A DNA stretch of 55,098 nucleotides from Atractiella rhizophila. Its lineage: Eukaryota. The first letter of the stretch is position 1; every line of letters starts with the position of its first letter. The DNA lies in assembly GCA_021432655.1 (NCBI GenBank), contig MU271404.1:17900-72997 (forward strand), given 5' to 3'. Below the pieces are notes generated by a model that saw only the letters and a list, made by a program, of their open reading frames with translations, had not been told where the DNA came from and ran no database searches. Both the position numbers and the translations under genes were made by a program. Shown here in pieces: positions 12,374 to 26,304 of this stretch.

Positions 12374-15300
12374 TCACACGTGGCCCGTCGCTATTGAGTC
12401 CAACACGCGTTGGACCATGTCTTGCGCATAATCTTCAATGTTGGAAGCTGGGCTTGTGTGAGGAGCAGGAGCAAGCTGCAGACTCAGAAAGTTGGAAGGA
12501 TCGATACGGGGCGACTGTGATACACTTGTGCTAGAGGTCTTAGGGGTCTTTGGGACCTGAGGGAGGAGGGACTGAGCCTGCAGCCCCGGAAGGTGCGAAC
12601 GTGAGCTTGGACCACGAGACATTGTTGTCCCTCGCTCGCTGCTGGACGTCGACACTGTGTAATGAGTTTGAGCTGACGCAACCGTGGATGTGGCGGTAGC
12701 CTGACGATTCGATGGAAGTGATTGAACGTTGGATGAGGAGGAATATCCAACTACGGGGCTGGGAGGCGGAATGGCCTCGAGATAGTGATGGAGCTGAGTG
12801 CTCCATAAGGCGTAATAGTGATTGTAGAACGCGGCCGGTTTGAGCTATTCTCCTGTTCAGAACATCTCGCATCTTCGGCTAGAAAACGCACAGCTTCCGC
12901 AATCCTAATTGAAGAGAGTTAACGAAGGTAGTAAGTCTGAATGGGGACAAACCAAAAGACAACGTCGTGCCTGTCGACATCTGGGAACTGAAGATCCTTC
13001 TGATATGATCGTTTCAGGTAGCGGAGGAAGTATTCGAAGTGTCCAGGGAGGTAATCTACCGAAGTAATCCTGTTAGCTCTTACTTCAAGGATGTGACGAA
13101 ATGAGTTCGTACCAAAGCCACGACAGATCTTCGCATGTTTGTTCGCAGCCTACTCTTCCATAAGAAGTGTCACAAAGACAAGGAGAAGAAGTTCACATCA
13201 CTCCCACAAACAAGGGTGTTATGCTAACAGCTGCATCATCAGTACATGTCGGAATACCTAGAATGGCCAACGAACCGTCAAGCTGTCCTTAAGCCACTTC
13301 GATAACAAGAATATATAATGTTCGACCTCTTTCTCATACTCGTAAACGACCCTCGCAAGAGCGAGAGAGACATATCCACGCCGTTCGGTGATGTATGTTT
13401 CCAAAAACGCTAGGGCTGGTTACAAACGTTCGAGTGCTTCAAATCCATGGTTTTGAGAGGTAGAAGTCACCTACCGCGAAATAAAGCAAACGGTACCTCG
13501 ACGAGGTCGAAGAAGAAGTACACTATTGATTGTCACACTCAACAATCCACAGGGGAGCAGGATGGACGTACTGTTTAGATCCTTTAATTCACCGGGTCTG
13601 ATGATTTTAGGCGCAACAGCCTCCCGATACTTATTCTGCCACTCCCTCCTCATCCTCATCATCTCCAAAGCGAGTCCAAAGATCTTAGCCGCCTCCTCCG
13701 TGTCCCTCGTCCTCAAGGCGGTATTGAGGACGACAGCGAGTGAGCGCATGCTAGCCGGGCTCCCGAAAGCGACTATCGTCTGCATCTGTGGATGTTTCGC
13801 GTCCGGAGAGAGCTCTAATAAGGCTTTGCCTCCCGTCAAGTATTTGGAATCTATGCCACTCCAAGACATTGTTCGATGTATCTCTTCGTCCGATCTACGC
13901 AGGACGGAATTCGGTCATTTTAGGATTGTTGGATCGGGAGGGATGGGGATGGGAAGACTTACATGAGCACTTGCCGCCGGAGGTTCCGGGATAAGGTCGC
14001 ATCGTAGAAGATGAACCAAACACCGATATATTGTCTCTTCTCCTCTGGAAAATCGGGACGACCAACTACAGCTCGATATTGGTCCAAGGCGATACGGAGG
14101 ACTTCGTCCGCGTCTTCGAAACGTGTCCATTCTACACCAGCAACGTCGAAGACGATGATTTTCAGTTGGTTACACTTTGAGACAGAGGGGAGAGGTCGGA
14201 CGGACGAAGGTAGACGGTGACCACTTCCTGTTCGCATCAACAAGCAAAAAACGTGACCTTTCCTCTTTTTAATGAAGGCAGGAGGACACGAACCAGTAAG
14301 ATGGCGATGGATTCCATGGTTGCAGTTTTAGTTATCGAGCTATAAAACACTAACTGTCCTTCATCGTCGCGGCGCGTCACGCCGCATAGGGACAATCAGT
14401 CTTTCTTTGAGTGAGGGAACAGATGGCTCACGAAGACGGTGGGAGAGTTTGGTGACAGCATTCAGCCGCGCTAGCGAGTAGAACGACTGGTCCCTGCGTC
14501 CCGAAGCTCTCAGGATCACTCTCTGTGAAGGAAGGAGAGGGAGGTTGACCCCTGTAGGATAGGACGCTCTGCTGCTTGTACTTGAAGGATTGCCGAATGA
14601 CTTTTTGTCCATTCAGAGACAGATATCAGAATTATATTGATGTTTGTAGGAAAATAAAAGACTGACGTCGAGGTCTGAGCACCTCCGAGGAGGAGAGCGG
14701 TGAGCAGTATCTAGGCCCGCTTCTCAGCACTCTGCAGCACTCAAACGAAAGAGGGAAGGAAGAATGCGACACACCTCTCCCCACTGCCCGAAATTCTTCT
14801 CATTCCTCCCCCTGGCCTCGAACTCACCCTTCATGTCCTCATACAACGCATCGGAGACTGGGCGGAAGGGCCAATTGGCGAGGATTTCCTCGAGGAGATG
14901 CGAGGAGAGGGATGAGGCGAGTACGAATGTGGCGAGTTGGGTGTTGACGGTCCTGGGACCTGGAGAAGATGAGCGCCGGCGGACGAGACCGAGGGGATGG
15001 GAAGAGGTGTCGGTACTAGTAGAGGTGATTAAAAGGACCACTCAGAGAAGAGAATGGCGTACGTCTTGTCATACGGCGTACGACTTGACCCTGGCCCAGA
15101 CGCTTGTGTACTTGTCGCAGAAGAGATGGGTTTCTTCGCTTTTGGTTTGGAGACACGGGTCTTGCGACGCTTGAATACACATTCGAGTTCTTGATCTACA
15201 CAACGCTTGCAGAGGGGAGGATCGGAGTGTTCTACTCGTATGCATCTACGATGCGTGAGGTAGCTTCAGGTGGATACGCGACTTTGCTAGACTGAACGCG

Positions 15301-15453
15301 TACTTTTTCTTCAACGCGCGACAGTTCAGACCTGTTCAACTTTGACATTAGACTATTACGGATGAGATCGAGGGAATGCTGACAAGCATACACTAGATCC
15401 TTCCCTGGCACTTTTCGCTTTACCCCTTCTCCGGTTTTATCCTCTTCTGCCAT
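12374..15453 (-). CDS. Zn(II)2Cys6 fungal transcription factor (paralog 2), multi-exon; 3' end approximate
   Basis: Spliced 'KRKVPGKDLVYACLNCRALKKKCIRVEHSDPPLCKRCVDQELECVFKRRK' (same C-x2-C-x6-C-x10-C-x2-C-x6-C spacing); middle exons align with paralog 1 ('AAKIFGLALEMMRMRREW' vs 'SARLFDEALKTSKARQQW'); last exon inferred from ORF 12374-12655. Confidence 0.82.
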
Positions 15454-15645
15454 GTTGAGGCAGCTTCTGATATATGTCTGTGTACGAGATAAGCAAGTGG
15501 TTGTGTCACTTGTTGCTGTGCCACGCGATCTTCCAAGAAGGGCAAGTACGATGCTTCCGCGACTTCCGTGACACAACGCGGCTTACCGAATACCAGCACA
15601 ACGTCAAAGAGCAAGCATCAACCAGATCCAAGTTAGAAAGCAAAA

Positions 15646-18600
15646 ATGCTCTCCAAGGCCTCACGCACCTTCTTCCGCTCTACCTCTCGCGCGCGCCAGC
15701 GACTCCCAATCGCGCTTGCAGCATACAACGCGGCGTCAACACATATTCCTACCTCTGGCGCACGACGACCATTCTCTTCCTCGCCCTCTGTAGATTCACC
15801 TGCTTCCCGTCTGCAACATACTCATGTGGATAAAAAGCCCCATTTCTCAAAAATCTTAATCGCCAATAGGTAAGTGCTAAGCTCTTTGTCTTCTCCTCTT
15901 TTATTCTTTCTCTCTCTCTCTCTTCTTATTTCTCACTCGCAGTTTCTCCTCTTCTTGCTTGTTTTCCATTATTTATATCCTGACCTTTGATGTTCTTTGT
16001 TTAACTTCGTAGTTTATTGTCGGCCAAAGGAGGATGCGATTGCTGACATTGATTTGAAGGGGAGAGATAGCATGTCGTGTCATTCGGACCGCCAAAAAGC
16101 TAGGGATAAGGACCGTAGCCGTATTTTCAGAGGCGGATAGGGATAGCATGCATGTTCGGATGGTATGTCTCTTCCCCCATTGTATCCACCACCTTGGACA
16201 ACATCGAGTGATCTGAGCTGACTTGATTGATGACAGGCTGACGAAGCGTATTGCATCGGTCCTCCGTTAGCGAGCGAGAGTTACCTGGACGGTGAGAAGA
16301 TCATAAGAGTGTGCAAGAGAAGCGGCGCACAAGCTGTCCACCCAGGTCAGCTTTCCATTCTCCTGACAAACAGTGAACTGATCAAACTACGTCGATTCTG
16401 CATGGGACAGGTTATGGATTCCTCTCCGAGAACGCTTCGTTCGCTCAAAGGCTAAAAGAGGAGGGATTAACCTTCATCGGTCCCCCTTCCAGTGCTATCG
16501 TCTCCATGGGCAGCAAATCGTGCGTTCTCCCTCCCTCATCTCCTCCAGCGCCCACATGAACTGACTACATCCTGCCTCTTCCGACAGAGAATCGAAGACC
16601 ATCATGCTCGCCGCAAACGTACCCTGTGTGCCTGGCTACCACGGAACGGACCAATCGACGGCGCGTTTGGCGGACGAGGCAGAGAAGATTGGATACCCCG
16701 TGCTCGTGAAGGCTGTACATGGCGGGGGAGGGAAGGGGATGAAGATTGTGATGAAGAGGGAAGAGTTCGAGAGCCAGCTTGGGAGCGCGAGGAGGGAGGC
16801 GATGAAGGCTTTCGGGAACGACGATGTCCGTCTCTTCCCTTCCCTCATTTCCTTTGTTCACCCTCTGATTTTGACATGTGCGATCGAATTGAATAGGTTT
16901 TGGTTGAGAAATACCTTAGTACACCGAGACATGTCGAGGTTCAGGTGTTTGGAGATACTCATGGCAACTACGTCCATCTGTTCGAGAGGGACTGTTCGGT
17001 TCAGAGGAGACATCAAAAGGTCCGCCTTTCTTTTTTCTCATCTTCAATCAGCCCGTCAATCTGCGGATCGCTGACCAAAGAGGTAGATCATCGAAGAAGC
17101 CCCAGCACCGGGTTTGAGCGAAGAGCTGAGGAACGAACTGGGAATGAAGGCAGTGCAGGCCGCCAAAGCGTGCGTTCTCCTCCCTCCCCTATTGTTGATA
17201 TGAATTGATCCTTTTTCAGAGTCGGATACGTCGGAGCGTACGTTTGATCTTCTGTATCTCTGAAGAGACGATGTTGATGGTCGGCGATGATTGGTTAGAG
17301 GAACAGTAGAGTTCATCATGGATGCTGAGAACCCGAACTCCTTCTATTTCATGGAAATGTGGGTGAAACTTCTTCTCCCTCTAATCCGTGAACTGTTATG
17401 AACTGATATCCTTAGGAATACGCGCCTACAAGGTGTGTCATTTTGCATCCACATGTCTCAATGAGAGCAAACCATTAATGGAATGACAACTTCAAGTCGA
17501 GCACCCCGTGACTGAATTCATCACTGGCACGGACTTGGTACAATGGCAACTGGAAGTGTGTCTTACCTCGTTACTCCTTCTTGGCTAAACTGACGAAGGA
17601 ATAGGTAGCAGCTGGCAATCCTCTCCCCTTACTACAAAATGGGATCTCCCGCAATGGACATAGTTTCGAATGCCGGATCTACGCTGAAAATCCAGACAAG
17701 TGAGTAACTTGCTTCTTTGACCTTTAACATTCAGAAGGCAGGGGACTGATGGGGTGTTGGCTGGGACAGCAATTTCCTCCCTGATACCGGAACACTTGCG
17801 CATGTGCGGCCACCGCCAGCTTCTGAGAATGTGAGGCTCGAAACCGGCTTCGGAACTGGAGATGAGATCAAGGTATTTTTTTCTTCCTACCATGACACGT
17901 TCATTTTGATGAGGTGTATGACATAGGTCTTCTATGATCCTTTGATCGCCAAATTAGTGGTCCATGGTAAAGATCGGACGGATGCGCTACGGATCTTGAA
18001 AAAGGCGTTGAAAGAATACGAAGTCGTTGGACCTCACACCAACATCTCTTTCCTCCAAAGACTGGCTCAGCATCCACGATTCGTGGCTGGTGACGTAGAG
18101 ACCGGATTCATTCCCGTGCGGTTTCATTCCTTTGTAAACCCAAACAAAGATCCCAACTGTCGATGCAGAAATTTTACGATGACCTCTTCCCTCCTCCACC
18201 GCAACCTTCTTTCGAAACCCTCACAAAAGCCGGCCTCTACCTTGGACTGCGAGACGCCTCTTCCCTAATCTCATCTTCGCCCATACCAACACCGTGGACA
18301 TCCCCGGCTCTCAATTCTCCTGACAAACAATGAACTGATCAGACTACATCGATCCTGCATGCGACAGGTTATGGATTCCTCTCCGAGAACGCTTCGTTCG
18401 CTCAAAGGCTAAAAGAGGAGGGATTAACCTTCATCGGTCCCCCTTCCAGTGCTATCGTCTCCATGGGCAGCAAATCGTGCGTTCTCCCTCCCTCATCTCC
18501 TCCAGCGCCCACATGAACTGACTACATCCTGCCTCTTCCGACAGAGAATCGAAGACCATCATGCTCGCCGCAAACGTACCCTGTGTGCCTGGCTACCACG

Positions 18601-20871
18601 GAACGGACCAATCGACGGCGCGTTTGGCGGACGAGGCAGAGAAGATTGGATACCCCGTGCTCGTGAAGGCTGTACATGGCGGGGGAGGGAAGGGGATGAA
18701 AATTGTGATGAAGAAGGAAGAGTTTGAGAGTCAGCTTGGGAGCGCGAGGAGGGAGGCGATGAAGGCTTTCGGGAACGATGATGTCCGTCTCTTCTCTTCT
18801 GTCATTTCCTTTGTTCACCCGCTGATTTGACATGTGGGATCGAATTGAATAGGTTTTGGTTGAGAAATATCTTAGTACACCGAGACATGTCGAGGTTCAG
18901 GTGTTTGGAGATACTCATGGCAACTACGTCCATCTGTTCGAGAGGGACTGTTCGGTTCAGAGGAGGCATCAAAAGGTCCACCTTTCTTCTCTCGTCGCTT
19001 TAACCAATCCGTCCACATGGATCGCTGACCAAAGAAGTAGATCATCGAAGAAGCTCCAGCACCGGGTTTGAGCGAAGAGCTGAGGAACGAACTGGGAATG
19101 AAGGCAGTGCAGGCCGCCAAAGCGTGCGTTCTCCTCCCTCCCCTATTGTTGATATGAATTGATCCTTTTTCAGAGTCGGATACGTCGGAGCGTACGTTTG
19201 ATCTTCTGTATCTCTGAAGAGACGATGTTGATGGTCGGCGATGATTGGTTAGAGGAACAGTAGAGTTCATCATGGATGCTGAGAACCCGAACTCCTTCTA
19301 TTTCATGGAAATGTGGGTGAAACTTCTTCTCCCTCTAATCCGTGAACTGTTATGAACTGATATCCTTAGGAATACGCGCCTACAAGGTGTGTCATTTTGC
19401 ATCCACATGTCTCAATGAGAGCAAACCATTAATGGAATGACAACTTCAAGTCGAGCACCCCGTGACTGAATTCATCACTGGTACGGACTTGGTACAATGG
19501 CAACTGGAAGTGTGTCTTACCTCGTTACTCCTTCTTGGCTAAACTGACGAAGGAATAGGTAGCAGCTGGCAATCCTCTCCCCTTACTACAAAATGGGATC
19601 TCCCGCAATGGACATAGTTTCGAATGCCGGATCTACGCTGAAAATCCAGACAAGTGAGTAACTTGCTTCTTTGACCTTTAACATTCAGAAGGCAGGGGAC
19701 TGATGGGGTGTTGGCTGGGACAGCAATTTCCTCCCTGATACCGGAACACTTGCGCATGTGCGGCCACCGCCAGCTTCTGAGAATGTGAGGCTCGAAACCG
19801 GCTTCGGAACTGGAGATGAGATCAAGGTATTTTTTTCTTCCTACCATGACACGTTCATTTTGATGAGGTGTATGACATAGGTCTTCTATGATCCTTTGAT
19901 CGCCAAATTAGTGGTCCATGGTAAAGATCGGACGGATGCGCTACGGATCTTGAAAAAGGCGTTGAAAGAATACGAAGTCGTTGGACCTCACACCAACATC
20001 TCTTTCCTCCAAAGACTGGCTCAGCATCCACGATTCGTGGCTGGTGACGTAGAGACCGGATTCATTCCCGTGCGTTTCATTCCTTTGTAAACCCAAACAA
20101 AGATCCCAACTGTCGATGCAGAAATTTTACGATGACCTCTTCCCTCCTCCACCGCAACCTTCTTTCGAAACCCTCACAAAAGCCGGCCTCTACCTTGGAC
20201 TGCGAGACGCCTCTTCCCTAATCTCATCTTCGCCCATACCAACACCGTGGACATCCCCGGCTCTCCTGGGCCAGCGATTCGCAGGTTCACCATCCGCTCG
20301 AACATATCACGTAGCCTCCACCTCTCCCGCTTCTAACACAGACTCACCCGCCGAAATTGGAATATCACCTTCGAACGGCGCGTTCGAGGTATTCGTCAAA
20401 GATTTCAGCGGAAATCAGATCGTCTTCCCTGCCGTCCAAGCAGGTTACGATCGGTGGGACGGACGGTTAGAAAGTGTGATAGGGGAGGAAAGGAGCGTGA
20501 GTTCGGTGGTTTCGCAGCCTCACGTCAAAGGCACGCTGGTTCCGGAGAAGCTCACAGTCTTTCCGTCGACGAACGAAGAGCCTGTCACTTTCTCGCTTCC
20601 TGTGCCGGAGTGGATGGCGAAGGCGGAAGGTGTTGAGCTGGATGTGGGAGAAGGAGTGATGAGAGCCCCCATGCCATGTCGGATTGTTCAGGTCTTTGTC
20701 AAGGAAGGTCAGGAGGTGAAGGCTGGGGATGCCCTTGTGGCTTGCGAAGCCATGAAGACCGAAACGGTGCTTAGAGCTGGAAGAGATGCTAAGGTCGAAG
20801 GCGTCTTCTGTCACGTAGGGGATTTGGCAGAGGAGGGAAAGAAGCTCGTCGTTCTCGCCAATGAGGAGTGA
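15646..20871 (+). CDS. MCCC1: 3-methylcrotonyl-CoA carboxylase alpha (biotin-containing) subunit, mitochondrial; internal segment present twice
   Basis: R/S-rich presequence, '[22 protein letters not shown]', '[10 protein letters not shown]', '[17 protein letters not shown]', '[12 protein letters not shown]', '[14 protein letters not shown]', '[11 protein letters not shown]' and biotinyl domain 'APMPCRIV...EAMKTE'. The architecture fits MCC alpha. Confidence 0.9.
16357..20265. repeat. ~1.95-kb tandem duplication within MCCA (16357-18312 and 18314-20265)
   Basis: Matching ORF pairs at offsets 1957 falling to 1954 (1953 at the copy ends); differences cluster in introns of the first ~750 bp; a single A at 18313 lies between the copies. 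Confidence 0.95.
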
Positions 20872-21019
20872 AAAGGTATTGTATTCTTATGAGAGATGCA
20901 ATTGTATATTGATATCAACATGATTGCTAGACAGAGCTTGCTTGAACTTCAAACAAGGAAATAATATAACCCAAGAAACATGAAAGACGAAGCGGGATCC
21001 ATGTATATCTTGGAAATAT

Positions 21020-24000
21020 TCACAATTCTACAAGTGGAGCAGCTAGAGCAGCATCTTCCCACTGTTGTGAAAGTGAGACTGGTGCGTGCGTGTATACCAA
21101 TCTCGGTGTCCCATATCTACTAAAGTTTCCACCATGCTCCATTACCCCCTCGATATGCCAACGGCCGACGTCATACACTGCAGGCCGCGAAAGCAAGCGT
21201 ATGGTAGTGTCGACCGTCTTGCACTCCTGCGGTTGCAGCTCTCCTGAATGCAGCATGAAGCCGCACCATGTGCTCACTGGCCCTTCTGCTAAGGACGTAA
21301 ACAATCTCAATGAGTATGACATCTTCTTTGCTGAAGAGGCGTTGCGAATGATGAACTCGACGGGAAGTGACTGGACCCTGCATGCATATGAATCAGTAGT
21401 GTGCGCAGGCTGGGTTTCGAACGTACTGGTCGATGTTCACGTCTGGCATTTCATCCACAACTTGCTGAACAACAAGACTGTCTTCTTCCACCGTATACTC
21501 GCTATGTTTGAGTGATTGGATTAAAGTTTTCCGCTCTTGTTGACTTTCGGCGTAAAGTCCACCAGCGAGATTTTCTGCTCCTATGAGGACATCATGAAGG
21601 ATGTTCCGTCCAGCTCCAATTTTCAAGTCGGAAATAAAATGATGACCACGAATGTTTTGAGATGGGATAGACCAGAACACCACGACATCCAATGACCTTT
21701 GGGTCATTACAGGGAAGATGTGGTTGCGGGATGAGCTCGGGATAGTTGGAAACTGAGCAGCCACGGCTGACCGACGAAGCTGGACCCGACTGGTGTTGAT
21801 GGATGCCTTGAGGTCCTCCCCATTACAATCTATGGCTTGTTTGTTCTACACACCCTTAGGGTACAGTCATACAGTTAGATAAGCTAAAGACATACTGCAG
21901 TGAGGTGGGAGGTAATAAGGGATATCGGTGGTGGGGTGCTTGTTGATAGCTTTCCTTTGAAGAGTTGTTCTATTTTGTCGGGTATGAAAGACTCTGGTGG
22001 CTCGCTCCCATCGTTTGAAACAAAGTCTAGGGTTATTTCGCCCGCCAGTTCTTGTAGCCAGGCAACTTGTCCGAGAGGTAAGGACTGTGTAGACCCGACA
22101 TCGCATTGCCATTGCGAACTGATGACTGAAACTTGGTCAATTGAAACAATGTCTCCTATACACTGGTTTTCGATTTCCAGGTCAATGACGAAACGTGCTT
22201 GGTGCCCTACGCGAATTTCGGGTTGAACGTTGAGCGATGGCGGGACACTGAGATGATGCGAGCATCGCGCTGTAAGGTACTCATCGTTTCGCTGTCGATG
22301 GTCTGATGAGTTTATTGAAGCAAGTGAATAAATGAAACATACATCTGATTGGAACACGAAGAGCCAGGAGAGAAGGCAGTCTCCAACAAGATCCCCGCGA
22401 CATAACAGTGGGACATTGACCACCTCACCAGGACCCAAACAGCTTTCAGGAAGAGGGACGTCGAATGGTGAGGTCGGGGTAATTGTATTGGAACACTCAG
22501 CAGTAAAGATATCAGGAGCTATGGTTGCAGCATATAGGTCTAAAACTAGAATGAGACTGGATCAACATTGAAAATTAACACGCACCGTGCTTGCCCGAGG
22601 TGGGCCAACAAAAATTCGGATGGCTGCAAAGCATTCTCAAGCTCTTGACGTTGACGTGACCAACGTTCATGACCTGAATTGTTGAAGTCACCACTTGACC
22701 TGCGAGAAGCGTTTCGGGCAGACTCTCGAGTGCTATCGAAAGAATAGGGATCGGTGAGCGGACACGGACTACTAGCGCAGTGTCTGGAGCATATATCTGA
22801 GCCAGACGCTGTTCTTTCGTCGCGTTGAGTCGCTTGCCTTTGCGATCGAACAGCTCTGTTGTAGGCAGCAATCCATGAAATCGGAAGCGTATGGACGCAA
22901 GCTTCAGCGTCAACTCCCGCGACACCGTTATTGGTATGAATATCTGTGTGTGACTGTTCAGTATGAGCTCAATCCTACGACGGGAACGAGCGTACACGGC
23001 GCTGTTCCCTTGGTTGTAGAACGATTTCTCCAGGCGACTCGATATGCACGTCATTTGTTCCAATGCCATCGCCGTCAACGTCAATGTCGATGTCGCTAAT
23101 CTTTAGTTCCGCCTCTAGAGGATTAACAGCTCTGACTTCTAGGTAAAAAGACGAGTCCACAACCGCTAGATTCTCCTTGGTCCATTTTGGCAACGTCATA
23201 CTCTTTCTCCCAAGTCGTCCCGCCTCAAAAGCGCAGAATTCCTCTTCGAGGGTATCCCAGATTTCCTCCTTTGAATCCTCGTCTATCGAATCGTTTTGAA
23301 GGATGCGCACGTGCGCGTCTTCAGCTGGAAAAATTCTAACTGGGAGACTGAACTTGCCGGCGTGACTGTCCGCGTCTGGTCCAAGGAGCTCCCATGCCAA
23401 TTCGAAATCGTCCAGGCTTGTGTCCCTTGCGCCTTCCTCGGCCCTCATAGGCTTCATGCCCTCGAGAAAACCTTTCACTGCTTGCTCAGCAAAGCCCAGT
23501 CGATACCCTAATCGCGCAATTGAGTGTCTGGTGTAGGCTTCAACACTATCCCAACCGCCGCCGAACAGAACGGTGCCGGCTTGGTTGAAACATCGCTTTG
23601 CGAGGAGCTTTTGGCCAGTGACTTCGTAACGGTGAGCAGCAACGACCATCTGAAAGGCGAATTTACGAGTGTATGGACGGTCAGGGGAAATGAGGAGGGT
23701 AGCGAGAGCAGCTTGTTCCAACAGCAGAGCGGAAGGCACTTCGTCTAACTTTAGCAGACCATCAGGCTCGCAACAAACACGATAAACCGCAAGCCAGAAA
23801 AACTCACACTTCCCGCTGTCCTCGTAAAACTCCGACCAATCCATTTCCAGTCTTGTCCAACCCTACAACCCTCATAGTACAGCAGCACAGCTCTGAGATC
23901 TTCAATATTCGTCTGGCTCTCTCCAGCGGGGGAATGTACCGCTTGCTCCAAGTACGCATCAGCATTGTAAGGTACTGGCGGGCCTGCTGTGGCGGCTGAT

Positions 24001-25824
24001 AATAGGTTGGAGAGCCCCATCATGCGCGTCGCCGCGTTCCAGTAGTTCCAAGCCTTGTCGCTTGATGCATCACGACGAAGATACTCGTATGATGACGCCG
24101 CCATCTTGTAGTCACGTATCATAAATGCGAAATCGGCCAGTCGCCTCGTTTGCGCTTCTGATGATTGAAATAGATAACTGATCACTTAAAGTCAACCCAC
24201 AACACAAAGCTGAGAAAGCCACCCACATCCCCCTAGCCGCGTCATAGCTTGGCGGAACACCCACCGCTGGAGTAGCGGACCGTCCAGAGCTCCCAAAATA
24301 CTTCCTCCCAGCAGAGAACAAACGTCCCGCAACACTCTTCCTAGTAGTTGCGAGCTGTTCATTCCATAAAAGCACGCTCCTTTCCATCCACGGCACAAGG
24401 CTCTGAACGACAAACTCCCTGAGGAAGATCCTCAGATTCCTCGTGTCGAGATCCGACAGGCCATCTTGCTCCTCCACAGGAACGCTTCCATTCTGGCGCT
24501 GCTGTTGGGATGGAGGAGGCGGGTAGTCTGGTTTCGGAGGAGGAGCGTTGACAGGAAGTAAGGAACAGTGGACGCCATATGTCTTCCTTAATGTCTCAAG
24601 AAGCGCTTTCGCCTCTTCCCACCCTTCCTCTGTTGCTCTTCTTTTTTCGGACTCGCTCGCCTCGTGAAGGTCTTCAGGCATACCCACCCATTGTTCCCAA
24701 TCGTGCACCACTACAAAATACCGTAAAATATCAGGAGAGGCCCATTCGTTCATCCCTCCCTCTACAGGGAATAGATTGGATGGCGATGTCCTGTCGTACA
24801 GCTCGGTGAACGCGTTTAAAGGATCGGGGTGGGAGGTGGAAACGCAGAGAAAGACTGAGAGTGGAGTATCGAAAGTGGAGAATGGTGTTGGGGTGCGAAT
24901 GGCGAGAATCGAGTTACGAAAAGAGGTGTACCACGGTGTGAGAGTCTCTATCGATCCTGTTGACAACACATTCAGCTTGATCGTCATTGAGGTTTGATAG
25001 GCCAACATACGATGCCTCCAACCCTCATCATCTCCTTGCTCGCCATCGATAACCAATGATCTCCTCTCTCCTTCTGCTTCCTCATCGACGACTTCTACCT
25101 TAACTGGTGTCCTCTTCCGCAGTGTGATTTCAGGTGTCTTGTCCAACCATTCAGGCAATCTTGCTGTCAGCTCAGAAGTAGCTCCATCGATCGCACTCCC
25201 TAGCGCTTCGAGCTGCTCGGAGGGTGTTTGGTCAATGGATTGTCGCACTGAGGCTGTTGCTGATTGAGAAGTACCAACGGATGGAACGAAGTGGAGTGTG
25301 AAAGACGGGACAACGAGCGATGTGAACGTTGACGTGCGGACAGGGACTGCTCACGAAAAGCCGTGTGTAAGTGACTAGATATGGATAAAAGTGAATGATG
25401 AAGAAGGCAGAGGGTCAACAGCGCTTTTGAGCTGCCGAATGCTCCAAATAGGCGCTATGGACTAATTAGCATTGGAATACATGAGTCTGAGGCCTTCACA
25501 TCTGAATTTCAGACTTCAAAGAAAGCTCCATCCCTCTGATATTCAATACGGCATTTCGAAATATTTCACAGATCACCCTGTAAAGTCCTCCCCAGTGGTC
25601 AACACAAAAGGGAAGAACGTACCTTTTTCGACTCCCCTTCCCTTCCCTTTAGCTCCCTTCCCCTCCTTAAAAGCCAATATATCGTATCCTGCATGCTCCT
25701 TCAATAAGTTCGCCAGCGTCTCCTCCCTCTTCCCGGTCGCTCTCACACACGCCTGTTCGACATCGGCAGTTGCGAATATTTGGATTGTGGGCGAGAGAAC
25801 TGAATGGAGGTATTCTAGACTCAT
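21020..25824 (-). CDS. TRS85: TRAPP III complex subunit Trs85/TRAPPC8, multi-exon
   Basis: 'TPWYTSFRNSIL...PFSTFDTPL', 'FLREFVVQSLVPWMER', 'GRLFSAGRKYFG', 'SSEAQTRRLADFAFMIRDYKMAASSYEYLRRD..SDKAW', 'ALLLEQAA', 'RKFAFQMVVAAHRYE', followed by beta-rich C-terminal exons. Confidence 0.9.
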
Positions 25825-26304
25825 CCTTTAAGCCTCAACGCTGTGGAACGCCCAGAATGAGCACCTTTAATGCTGCTTCAATGTTCAATCCAACAATGCT
25901 TAGATGCGCAGCCGGGCGGATTGATAGTGTAGTCATTATAAAGCAAAACTACAAGATGGTGGAGAACACGTGATTTTGGCACAGCAAAGAAGGACATTGC
26001 TCTGGGCACTGCTGCAGTGTCAGATTAGAAGCAACGATCCTTGACGTTTGCGATCGCCGATCGTGTGTGCTGTTCTGCTGCTCGGCTAAAGAAAGTCGGG
26101 GAACCGGGCGAAGTGAGGAAGGCTTCTGACTCGCTTCTGAATGGACCCAGATCAGATAGTGGGAGCTGCTGACAACGTATAAAAGGCGACTGGTGACTAT
26201 CTTGACATTGCGTATCGATGGTGTTACAGTAGCTGGTGCTCACCCTGATTTTGGTGCGGTGTAGCCTTAGCAATCGAAGCAGCCCTATAAACCAGTAGCT
26301 CAAA

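Noticed and set aside
15870..16059. Long pyrimidine-rich MCCA first intron with a (TC)n tract
   Set aside because: Length is explained by simple-sequence expansion; no structure or snoRNA boxes seen.
20746..20763. Biotinylation motif EAMKTE instead of the canonical AMKM
   Set aside because: The acceptor Lys and preceding Met are intact; to my recollection MKT variants occur in fungal MCC alpha subunits, so it is not evidence of inactivity.
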